From Candidatus Methanomethylophilaceae archaeon (GTDB lineage: Archaea; Thermoplasmatota; Thermoplasmata; Methanomassiliicoccales; Methanomethylophilaceae): a stretch of DNA of 64,000 nucleotides. The DNA lies in the NCBI GenBank assembly GCA_944320495.1, contig CALUHR010000005.1, forward strand, positions 1 through 64,000, in the 5' to 3' direction. The notes beneath the pieces were generated by a model. It saw only the letters and a program-made list of their open reading frames with translations, did no database searches and had not been told where the DNA came from. The position numbers and the translations under genes are program-made. Shown in pieces: positions 21,404-30,888 of the stretch. Position 1 is the first letter of the stretch; each line of letters begins with the position of its first letter.

Positions 21404-22084
21404 ATGTCCGACGGTATGAGCATCACGATAACCGATGGAGGTCCGTACATAGTCCGCGGTAACGTGCCCCTATTCGAGAAGAGGATCGTCCGCCGGGGCG
21501 GCCTCTACGTATGGGAGGACGTCAGGGAGATCCCTCACGGCGAGACCTATGCGCTCTGCAGATGCGGGAGGACCAAGGACGCCCCGTTCTGTGACGGGGG
21601 ATCCCACAAGAGGTTCAAGGGTAAGGAGAAGGCGGACCGCCGCCCGTACGCCGAGAGGTGCCAGCGTATCGAGGGACCGGGGATGGTCATCGGCGATGAT
21701 ATGCGCTGCTCTCTGTCCAGATTCTGCCACCGTGCGGAGGGCACGCCGTGGAAGATGCTCCCCCGCTCCGATGACCCCGAGATCAGGGACGAGATCGTCC
21801 GCGCCGTCGTCGAATGCCCCTCAGGGCGCCTCTCGGTCATAGAGGACGGGGTCCCGACCGACCATGTGCCCGAGCCCGCCATATGGGTCGTCCAGGACCC
21901 GGAGAACCGCGTGTCGGGCGGCCTGTACGTGATGGGCGGCATCCCGATCGTCGGATCAGACGGGTTCGTCTACGAATCAAGGGGACGCACGGTCCTATGC
22001 AGATGCGGCGTGTCGGGAGACATGCCGTTCTGCGACGCGTCCCACATCAACAACATGTTCAGGGACGACCGCAACAGAAGATGA
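21404..22084 (+). CDS. CDGSH iron-sulfur domain protein (two CDGSH-type motifs plus a central Cys domain)
   Basis: LCRCGRTKDAPFCDGGSH; LCRCGVSGDMPFCDASH; central CSLSRFCH...ECPSGRL. Confidence 0.9.
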   Translation: MSDGMSITITDGGPYIVRGNVPLFEKRIVRRGGLYVWEDVREIPHGETYALCRCGRTKDAPFCDGGSHKRFKGKEKADRRPYAERCQRIEGPGMVIGDDMRCSLSRFCHRAEGTPWKMLPRSDDPEIRDEIVRAVVECPSGRLSVIEDGVPTDHVPEPAIWVVQDPENRVSGGLYVMGGIPIVGSDGFVYESRGRTVLCRCGVSGDMPFCDASHINNMFRDDRNRR

Positions 22085-22086
22085 AA

Positions 22087-22103
22087 AGGGGGCCTGGCCC
22101 CCT
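22087..22103. terminator. Bidirectional hairpin between convergent genes
   Basis: AGGGGGC-ctg-GCCCCCT flanked by an A-run and a T-run. Confidence 0.5.
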
Positions 22104-22117
22104 GTTTTGATTATGCT

Positions 22118-23197
22118 TCACTCGCGGGGCTTACGGGCGATGACCTCGTCCACCCCGTCCATGTCCTCGCGGACCTGGCTGTCGACCTTCTCGGTCTCGG
22201 CCTTTATCTCGTCGGGGGACGGTATCGGGCCTAGAATCTCGTCCGCGCTCCCGACGGCCCTCTCGATGTCGCTCATGTCGGACACCGGACGGTCCGGGAT
22301 CTTGGAGGCTGTGCCGATGTAGTCAGAGATCCCATCGACGAGCTTCGTGAGCTCCATGGGGAAGAAGAACTTGGACGACTCGCCCTTTCCGACCTCCTGC
22401 AGGGTCTGCATCGACAGCACGGACATGGCCTTGGAGTCCATGGCGGCGGCTCCCACGGACATTATCCTGAGCCTCTGCGCCTCTCCCTGACCCTCCAGGA
22501 TGGTGGCAAGCCTCTTTCCCTCGGCCTCCAGGATCATGGACTGCCTGGTACCCTCGGCCTCCAGGATCATGGACTTCTTCTTTCCCTCGGCCTCCAGGAT
22601 GGCGGCCCTCTTCTGACCGTCGGCCTCCAGGATGGCCGCGCGCCTCTTCCTCTCGGCGGAGGTCTGCTCCTCCATGGAATCCTTGACCTTCCTGGCGGGA
22701 TCCACCTCGCGGATCTCCACCGCCTCGATCTTCACTCCCCACTTGTCTGTGTTCTCGTCGAGGATGTCCCTCAGGCTGACGTTGATGCGCTCCCTGGAGG
22801 AGAGGATCTGATCCAGCTCCATCTCTCCGATGATGGACCTGAGGGTGGTCTGTGCGAGGTTGACCGTCGCGAGACGATAGTTGGTGACCTCGAAGAACGC
22901 GTTCTTCGGATCGGTGACCTTGATGTAGATGACAGCGTCGACGGACACCGGCGAGTTGTCCTTGGTGATGACCTCCTGCTTGGGGACGTCGAGGACCTCG
23001 GTACGCAGGTCGAGCTTCACGACCTGGTTGATCAGCGGGCAGACGATGTTGAGTCCCTGGTTCAGGACCCTTACGAACTTCCCCAGCCTCATGTAGATCG
23101 CCTGCTCGTAGGGCTGGACGATCTTCACCCCGCTGAGGACCACTATGATTATGGCCGCGAGGACCACAATGGCCAATCCTATTATCGATGCATCCAT
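22118..23197 (-). CDS. SPFH/band-7 (stomatin/QmcA-like) membrane protein
   Basis: N-terminal TM, QEVITKDN, AQTTLRSIIG, AILEAEG repeats. Confidence 0.93.
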   Translation of the reverse strand: MDASIIGLAIVVLAAIIIVVLSGVKIVQPYEQAIYMRLGKFVRVLNQGLNIVCPLINQVVKLDLRTEVLDVPKQEVITKDNSPVSVDAVIYIKVTDPKNAFFEVTNYRLATVNLAQTTLRSIIGEMELDQILSSRERINVSLRDILDENTDKWGVKIEAVEIREVDPARKVKDSMEEQTSAERKRRAAILEADGQKRAAILEAEGKKKSMILEAEGTRQSMILEAEGKRLATILEGQGEAQRLRIMSVGAAAMDSKAMSVLSMQTLQEVGKGESSKFFFPMELTKLVDGISDYIGTASKIPDRPVSDMSDIERAVGSADEILGPIPSPDEIKAETEKVDSQVREDMDGVDEVIARKPRE

Positions 23198-23211
23198 GGA
23201 CAGCTCCCTCC

Positions 23212-23655
23212 TCGCAGCCTGCTGACGTGGACGTGCACGCCCTCGCTGCTGTCTACCGTCACCCTGGCGCCCTCCTCTATCGGCTCGTCCGATGTGGCGG
23301 ACCAGATGTCGTTGTCTATGCGCACCTTGCCCCTCATCGTCCCCGGGACGGTCGCGGTGACCACGACGCCCGTCCTGCCGACCAGGGAGTCCATCACCGT
23401 CGTGGACGGGGGAGCCGGCTCGGCCAGCCTCTGGTACCCCTTGACGGTGATGAGCGTGACCGGGACTGCGACGACCACGACGATCGCCAGCGCCCACCAG
23501 GAGAGCAGGATGTCGGGGAACGCGGCCCCGACCACCCCGAGGATGACGAGGACCAGTCCGGGGATTACCATGAACGCGCCTGGGCTGAATGCCTCGATTA
23601 TGAGGAACACTGCGCCGAGCGCTATCAGAATGATCGCTACGGTGAACGGGTCCAT
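23212..23655 (-). CDS. NfeD-family protein
   Basis: TM segments plus an OB-fold (GKVRIDNDIWSA). CGA at 23212-23214 after HVSRL is followed by the GGAGG RBS of the SPFH gene; standard-code end 23182 overlaps SPFH. Confidence 0.9.
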
Positions 23656-24019
23656 GGTGGGGTATCATATCCTGGATATTTAATGGTCCGTGAAGTCCCA
23701 ATCGAATAACACAACGACAATCATATACGATGGCGGACGGGGACCTCCCGCCCGCGATGGTTTTAAATCCGCGGCCAGGGAGTCCCATCCGCCGGACCGG
23801 CGAAGGGGCGCGATCCATGAACGCCATGTGCACGGTGCGGCGAACAGCGGTCCGCGACCCTTTTCAGGGGCCCCTGCGGGAGCGTCCGGCGCGTCGTCGG
23901 AGCGATGACCGGAGGACAAACGCGGGCACGACACACACCCCCTGCGCAAGTCAGCGCCCCGAGGCCGGCGTCACCGTCGGACGATGACCGGGCGTGTTAG
24001 CGCAGTGGGGACACCTCCC

Positions 24020-24718
24020 TCGCACGTGCAGCCCCAGCCTCCTGAGCGCCGATTCCATCTCCGACCTCCTCGGGAACTGCGAGAGGACCTCGTCGTACTC
24101 CTTGCCGCGCCTGCCCACGCCCGGGTTGAACCCCATGCCCACATGGGCCAGCTGAGAGAACAGGCAGTAGTCCAGCAACCTCTCCGGGACATCCTCGGAG
24201 TCCAGGCTCCCCGACATGGACACGACCTTCATCAGGACGCTCGCGTGGCCCACGTCCCTGCTCCTCGAGGGGACCGTCCATCCCACGAACACGTCGGGAT
24301 CCCTCTCCACCAGACCGTCGTCGACGAGCCTCCCGTAGCTGTCGGCCAGGTCCCAGACCTTGCCACGGGTGGTCCTGCTGAGCCCCACGTACCTGTTCAC
24401 GTATAGCGGCTGCATACGCCTGGAGAACGATGGGTCGCTCAACCATGAGACGACCTCCTCCGGATAGTCCACCCTCTCCCCGAACATCCTCGCGTATATC
24501 GTGTCGGCTAGCGGGCGCATCACGCGCTCCGGCGCATCCGACAGATAGTCGGAGACCTCGAAGTCCGCCCATCTGTAGTTCCTGGTCCATCTGACCTTGA
24601 ACTCCCTGAACGCGGCGAACTTCGCGCTCACCTCGTCGAATCCGCGCATCCTCCCGGCCGACCCGAAGCATCTCGTCAGCTCCATATCTTCCAATTCGTA
24701 GTCTCCTGCGGAATCCAC
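24020..24718 (-). CDS. SprT/M48-like protein with a degenerate zinc motif
   Basis: LDSEDVPERLLDYCLFSQLAH aligns with the xLDxxxVPxxxLDYVxxHExxH pattern; CGA at 24020-24022 after RRLGLHV; start uncertain. Confidence 0.7.
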
Positions 24719-24835
24719 CGCGGAACTCGTCCAATCGGCTTCGTGTCTTAAGGGGTCACGTCACTGTCACACTGACACATGAGGGGTTGCACCAATCCTC
24801 GGAGCCGTTTTCTATCCGGATCGGCATCCTGTCGC

Positions 24836-25231
24836 ATGGAACAGGATCCTGAGATGATCGAGAGAAGGGATGCGATCCTGGAAGCGATCCGCAGGGAGTT
24901 CGGCTTCGTGCCCGTCGTCAACCAGGTCGTCTCCGAGAGGCCGGACGTCTTCGTGCCCCTGTCCGGGGCGGCGAGGTCAATCCTCGAGAACGGAGACCTG
25001 GACAGGAAGACGAGGTGCCTCTGCGCCGTCTCAGCGGCCACCGCGATAGGTGGGGAATACTGCGTCGACGTCCAGATGCGCCATGCGAAGGAGGCGGGCG
25101 CCACCAAGGACGAGGTGTTCGAGGCCATCATGATCGGGTCGTACATGGCCATGACCCGCGCCCAATCGTACGCGCTGAGGAGGTTCGCCGCCAACTACGG
25201 CGTGGAGCTGGACGATCCCGTGGCCAAATGA
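24836..25231 (+). CDS. Carboxymuconolactone decarboxylase/AhpD-like protein
   Basis: LDRKTRCL...EYCV...HAKEAGATKDEVFEAI. Confidence 0.85.
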   Translation: MEQDPEMIERRDAILEAIRREFGFVPVVNQVVSERPDVFVPLSGAARSILENGDLDRKTRCLCAVSAATAIGGEYCVDVQMRHAKEAGATKDEVFEAIMIGSYMAMTRAQSYALRRFAANYGVELDDPVAK

Positions 25232-25286
25232 TGTAACGCCGTTAAATCAGTTTAAATAGTAAATCATCGAATAAGGGACGATTAAA

Positions 25287-25613
25287 ATGGTATCCATCAC
25301 CGCCGATGCCGAGAAGTTCATCAACGACCTGCTCGAGAAGAACCAGAAGGTCGGATACGGAATCAAGATCTACCTCTCCGGATTCGCCTGCTCCGGACCC
25401 CAGTTCGGGATGTCCTTCCAGGAGAAGGCCGCCGACGGGGACAACATCGACAAGTCCGCCGCCGGATTCGAGATGTACTACGACGACGAGACCAAGAAGG
25501 AGCTCGAGGAGTGCGTCATCGAGTTCATCGACGACCCCAACTTCGGGACCGGCCTGACCATCAGGAACCCCAACTTCAACGGCTGCGCCTCCTGCGGCGG
25601 CGGTTGCCACTGA
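25287..25613 (+). CDS. HesB/IscA-like A-type Fe-S carrier
   Basis: ITADA...IKIYLSGFACSGPQFG...GLTIRNPN...GCASCGGGCH. Confidence 0.88.
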   Translation: MVSITADAEKFINDLLEKNQKVGYGIKIYLSGFACSGPQFGMSFQEKAADGDNIDKSAAGFEMYYDDETKKELEECVIEFIDDPNFGTGLTIRNPNFNGCASCGGGCH

Positions 25614-25670
25614 TTCTCAAGCGGGGGAGACCCCGCAACCTTTCTTCTATCATCAGCAGTTGTCGGTCCC

Positions 25671-27218
25671 ATGTCCTTCGTCTCTCACCCGCGCATCGCC
25701 CCCGACAGGGTCGAGGAGAGGGGATACCAGACCCGCATGGTGGAGCAGTGCGTCCGCGCGAACACGCTCCTGATCCTCCCGACGGGGCTGGGCAAGACCG
25801 TCATCGCCGTCCGCGTGGCGGCGGAGTTCCTGGACAGGGGCAGGGTCCTCATGATGGCGCCCACCAAGCCGCTGGTGGAGCAGCACATGGAGGCGTTCTC
25901 GTCCCTCCTGAAGGATGCCAGGGTCTCCATGCTGAGCGGCATGACCCGCGACACGAAGCGCGCGGAGATAGTGGAGTCGTCGGACGTCGTCGTATCGACG
26001 CCGCAGACCGTCCAGAACGACCTGGAGGCCGGCAGGTACGACCTGTCCGGGTTCTCGCTTGTGATCTACGACGAGGCGCACCGCGGACGCGGTGATTACG
26101 CCTACGTGGGCGTCGCCGGGTTCGTCAGGAGAGGCACGAGATGCGTCGGCATGACCGCCTCGCCGGGGAGCAGCATCGACCGCATCGAGGAGGTGTGCGT
26201 GAACCTCAACCTCAGACGGATCGACATGCGCACGGAGTACGATCCCGACGTCTCACCCTTCGTCCACGACACGTACATCAACAGGATCGAGGTGGACCTG
26301 CCACAGGACATCAGGGACGTCTCCGCCCTCCTCAAGGTTATGCTGGATCACTACTACTCGGAGCTCTGCAGCCTGGGTGCGGCGAGCCCCCGCGTCCAGC
26401 CGTCCAAGGGCTATCTCCTGAACGTGGGCAGGGACCTGCAGGCGCAGGCCGAGAGACCTGGTTCCAGCGGGGTCGTCTTCCGCTCCCTCAGCGTCAACAA
26501 GACCTGCATCCAGCTCCTGGAGGCCGTGAACAAGGTGGAGTCCGAGGGCATGACGGTCCTGAGGAGCTACCTGGACCGCCTCGAGGCGGAGGCGGCGCAG
26601 GAGCGCGGCGGGAAGGCGGCACAGGCGATCGTCCGCAGGCAGGAGTACGCCGCCGTGAGGACCATACTGTCGAAGACCAACGTGGAGCATCCCAAGGTCT
26701 CCCGCGTGATGTCCCTGGTGAGCAGGGCCATCTCCGCCGACCCCCGGTCCAAGGTCCTCGTGTTCGCGCAGTTCAGGGACACGTGCGAGATGCTGGTGTC
26801 CAAGATATCGGGAATCCCCGGCGCGAGGGTCAGCATGCTCATAGGGCAGTCCAAGGGCGGTCTGAAGCAGAGGGAGCAGGTCTCCCTCCTCGACGGATTC
26901 AGGCGCGGGGACTCGAACGTCCTGGTGTCCACGTCGGTGGGCGAGGAGGGGCTGGACATATCCAACACGGACGCGGTCGTATTCTACGAGCCGGTCCCGT
27001 CCGAGATCCGCACCATACAGCGCCGCGGGAGGACGGGGAGGAAGAGCGACGGCGAGGTCTACATGCTCATAGCCAGGGGCACCGTGGACGAGGCCTTCGA
27101 GAGGTCCAGCCTGCGCAAGGAGCAGGAGATGCGCGAGAACCTGGAGATGCTGAGCGAGAGGCTGAGCCGCGGGGAGTCCCTCGGCGACGGCGGACAGACC
27201 AGGCTCGACGGGTACCGA
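25671..27218 (+). CDS. Hef/FANCM-type SF2 helicase (no ERCC4 nuclease domain)
   Basis: LPTGLGKT, DEAHR, TASPG, STSVGEEGLDI, QRRGRTGR motifs; ends QTRLDGY then CGA 27216-27218; standard-code end 27326 overlaps lig. Confidence 0.9.
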
Positions 27219-27259
27219 CGGACCGATTCCCTTAAGATTGCCCCGACGATGGACGGCGC

Positions 27260-29038
27260 ATGCTCTACTCCGACCTGGCGGAGACCTTCGACAGACTCGA
27301 ATCGACCAGCAGCAGGCTCGAGATGACGGACATCCTGGCGTCGTTCCTCGCCGGTGCCGACAAATCAGAGCTCAGGAGCATCGTCTACCTGAGCCAGGGC
27401 AAGCTGCATCCCGATTTCGTTCCCGGGGTCCTCGGGATGGCCGACAGGCTCGTCCTCAAGGCGATATCGTTCACCTCCGGGACGTCCGAGACCGATACCG
27501 AGAGGCTGTGGATCGAGACCGGGGACCCAGGCAAGGTCGCGGAGACCCTGATCTCCAAGAAGAAGCAGATGACGCTGTTCTCCGAGGAGCTCACCGTCGA
27601 GAGGGTCGTGAAGGGCCTCACCGCCATACAGGACGCGGACGGCAAGGACTCCCAGGACAGGAAGATGAAGACCCTGGCCAACCTGCTCCACGACTCGGGG
27701 CCCCTGGAGGCCAGATACCTGTGCAGGACCGTCACCGGCAGGATGCGCGTGGGCGCCGCCGACATGACGATCCTGGACGCGCTGGCGCTGGCGTTCGCCA
27801 CCAAGGAGGACCGCCCGGAGATCGAGCGCGCGTTCAACGTCACCTGCGACATCGGACTGGTGGCGGAGACAATAGCCGAGGGCGGGATGGACGCCGTCAG
27901 GGGGATCCGTGTATCCGTGGACAGCCCCGTGAAGGTCATGCTCGCCGAGCGCCTTCCGTCGGTGTCCCAGATAGTCGAGAGGATGGGCGGGCGCTGCGCC
28001 ATCGAGTACAAGTACGACGGCATCCGCGTGCAGGCGCACATAGGGAAGGACTCGGTCAGGCTCTACTCCAGGAGGCTGGAGGACCTCACATCGAACTTCC
28101 CCGACATCGCGGACTCCCTGAGGAAGGCCTGTGGCTACGGGGAGGCCATAGTCGAGGGGGAGTGCGTGGCGGTGGACCCGGAGACCGGCTTCATGCTGCC
28201 GTTCCAGAACGTGACCCATCGCAGGAAGAAGCACGGTATGGAGGAGGCCGTCAGGGACGTCCCCGTCCGCATGTTCATGTTCGACTGCCTCTACCGCGAC
28301 GGGGAGGACATGACACCGCGCCCGTACCTGGAGAGGCGCGGGGCCCTCGAGTCCGGATTCAGGCTCGGGGGGCAGATCCAGATGACCACAATGCGCATCG
28401 TGGAGAGCGAGGAGGAGGGCGAGGAGTTCTTCGCCTCCGCCATAGGGCACAGGTGCGAGGGGATCATGGCAAAATCCGTCGCCGAGGACTCCGTGTACCG
28501 CGCCGGGTCCCGCGGGTTCCTCTGGATCAAGTACAAGAAGGACTACCAGCAGGCGCTGACCGACTCCTTCGACCTCGCGGTCGTCGGGGCGTTCTACGGC
28601 ATGGGCAAGAGGGCCGGCAGGTACGGCGCCCTCCTGATGGCGGCCTATGACCAGGAGACCGGGAGGTTCGAGACCGTCTGCAAGCTCGGCACCGGGTTCG
28701 ACGACGCGTTCCTGGACGGCATGCCGGCCCTGCTCGACGGCACCAGAATGGAGGAGAAGCCCAGGGACGTCGACGCGGAGATGGTCCCCGACGTGTGGTT
28801 CGATCCCGCGGTCGTGCTGGAGGTCGTCGCGGCCGAGATCACGCTGAGCCCCATCCACACCGCGGCCCGTGACATGATCAAGGAGGGCTCGGGCCTGGGC
28901 ATAAGATTCCCCAGGTTCACAGGCAGGGTGAGGGACGACAAGACCCCTGAGCAGTGCACCACGGTCGAGGAGATCGCGGAGATGTACTCCATGCAGGCCC
29001 ACGATTCCGACGGTCTGTCCGATACGGGACCTGAGTGA
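27260..29038 (+). CDS. lig: ATP-dependent DNA ligase
   Basis: EYKYDGIR, EGECV, FDCLY, EGIMAK, WIKYK, RFPRF motifs. Confidence 0.97.
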   Translation: MLYSDLAETFDRLESTSSRLEMTDILASFLAGADKSELRSIVYLSQGKLHPDFVPGVLGMADRLVLKAISFTSGTSETDTERLWIETGDPGKVAETLISKKKQMTLFSEELTVERVVKGLTAIQDADGKDSQDRKMKTLANLLHDSGPLEARYLCRTVTGRMRVGAADMTILDALALAFATKEDRPEIERAFNVTCDIGLVAETIAEGGMDAVRGIRVSVDSPVKVMLAERLPSVSQIVERMGGRCAIEYKYDGIRVQAHIGKDSVRLYSRRLEDLTSNFPDIADSLRKACGYGEAIVEGECVAVDPETGFMLPFQNVTHRRKKHGMEEAVRDVPVRMFMFDCLYRDGEDMTPRPYLERRGALESGFRLGGQIQMTTMRIVESEEEGEEFFASAIGHRCEGIMAKSVAEDSVYRAGSRGFLWIKYKKDYQQALTDSFDLAVVGAFYGMGKRAGRYGALLMAAYDQETGRFETVCKLGTGFDDAFLDGMPALLDGTRMEEKPRDVDAEMVPDVWFDPAVVLEVVAAEITLSPIHTAARDMIKEGSGLGIRFPRFTGRVRDDKTPEQCTTVEEIAEMYSMQAHDSDGLSDTGPE

Positions 29039-29329
29039 GCGTACGTAGCACATTTAAATATAGAACTCGAATCCGAGGTTGCCGGAGACGGCACAGGATG
29101 GGAAAAAGATGGAGAGCGAAGAGATGAACCCCTGCACAGCGGCTGAGACCCCCGTGAGGGACGGGGAACCCTCCCAGTCATCCGAGACTCACTGGGACGG
29201 CAGCGGAGACTGAGCGCCCGCGGCCATGCCGCGGAAACCCAGCGAGCCGGCGTGCCATCACCGGGAGCCGCTCCTGGGGCCAAAACCCGATTCGTAGGTT
29301 TTTATATCAATTGGTGTTAGCCATCGCCC

Positions 29330-29584
29330 ATGGAAACATACCTTGTCGAGAAGACCGACGACACCGTCACCATCGGATTCAAGGAGGCCAACCTGACTCT
29401 CATCACGCCTCTTATGAAGAAGCTTGACGAGGACGAGGCAGTCGACATCGTCAGGTACATCGACACCCACCCCGAGCTCGACGACAGGAAGCTCTACGTC
29501 AAGGTCAACAGCGGAGACCCGCTAGAGGCCATCGCCAGGGCCTCCAGGGCCATGTCCGAGTACTTCTCCGGGATCAAAGAGTGA
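29330..29584 (+). CDS. rpoL: RNA polymerase subunit L (Rpo11)
   Basis: 84 aa; TL...L......V....Y...HP pattern. Confidence 0.85.
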   Translation: METYLVEKTDDTVTIGFKEANLTLITPLMKKLDEDEAVDIVRYIDTHPELDDRKLYVKVNSGDPLEAIARASRAMSEYFSGIKE

Positions 29585-30888
29585 TCACCCTGTACCGCGA
29601 GTGCCTCACCGCAGAGGCCGGCATCGGCATGCACAGATACCTGTGCGACACCGACGGGACCGGCGGACACCTCAAGACGCTTCCAGAGGACTTCATCGTC
29701 AGGGAGATCTCCGATCCCCCTCGCGAGAAGGAGGGCGGCGAGTTCACCATCGCCACCGTCACCAGCCGCAACTGGGAGACCAACCGCCTCGTGCGCATGC
29801 TGTCCCGCTCCATCGGGATGTCCCGCACCAGGATCGGGTTCGCGGGGACCAAGGACAAGCGCGCCGTCACGACGCAGCTCATGTCCTTCAGATGCCCGCC
29901 CGAGGACCTGGCCAAGATCAGCCTGAAGGATGTGGAGATCTCCGGGATCTACACCGGAAGCCGCGCCATACAGCTCGGCGACCTGATCGGCAACTCGTTC
30001 GAGATCACAGTCAGGGACTGCGCCATGCCCATGGCCGAGATCGAGGAGACCGTCAACGCGGACATCGACATCATCCGGAGGACCAAGGGCTTCCCCAACT
30101 ACTTCGGCGTGCAGAGGTTCGGGTCCGTCAGGCCCGTGACGCATCTGGTCGGCGAGAGGCTCGTCCGCGGCGACATAGAGGGCGCCGTCAGGACGTACAT
30201 CTGCCATACCACCCCCGAGGAGGATCCGGATCTCCAGGAGCTGCGCGGATCCCTCGAGGGATGCACCGATTGGGCCTCCGCCGCTTCCTCCATGCCAGAG
30301 AGCATGTCCTTCGAGCGGGTCCTCGCCCAGGCCCTCGCCGGCGGGGAGGACTGGAAGGGAGCGATCTCGGCCCTGCCGACGAACCTCCAGATGATGTTCG
30401 TCCATGCCTATCAGTCATACCTGTTCAACGAGATGCTGAGCGAGAGGATGGCCCGCGGGCTCCCATTGGACCGCCCGGTCGAGGGCGATGTCGTCATCCC
30501 GCTCTCCCAGGACGGCACCCCCAACCACGATGAGACGATCCTTACCACGTCCAGGAACATCGATCTGGTGGCGAGACAGGTCCGCGCGGGGAGGGCGTTC
30601 GTCACCATCGCCCTGTACGGATCGGAGAACATGCTCGCCGAGGGCGAACCCGGCGAGATCGAGAGGTCCATGGCAGAGCGCGAGAGGCTGAGCCCCGAGG
30701 ACTTCGTCATACCCGGACTGCCCAAGTGCTCCTCGAAGGGCGGCAGGAGGGAGATTCTCTGTCCCGTCGACGACCTCAAGGCATCCTTCGCCGAGGACAC
30801 CTATTCGATGAGCTTCTCCCTGCCCAAGGGGAACTACGCCACCTGCCTGATGCGCGAGTTCATGAAGTCCGAGATGCGGGACTACCGA
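29581..30888 (+). CDS. truD: tRNA pseudouridine(13) synthase
   Basis: PEDFIVRE, GFAGTKDKRAVT, GNSF, FPNYFGVQRFG, FSLPKGNYATCLMREFMK; CGA at 30886-30888 after EMRDY. Confidence 0.95.

Noticed and set aside
23988-24025. Sequence resembling the 5' half of tRNA-Ala (GGGCGTGTTAGCGCAGTGG...CCCTCGCAC)
   Set aside because: No pairing D-arm or anticodon stem and no T-arm; it overlaps the end of the SprT-like gene, so likely chance.
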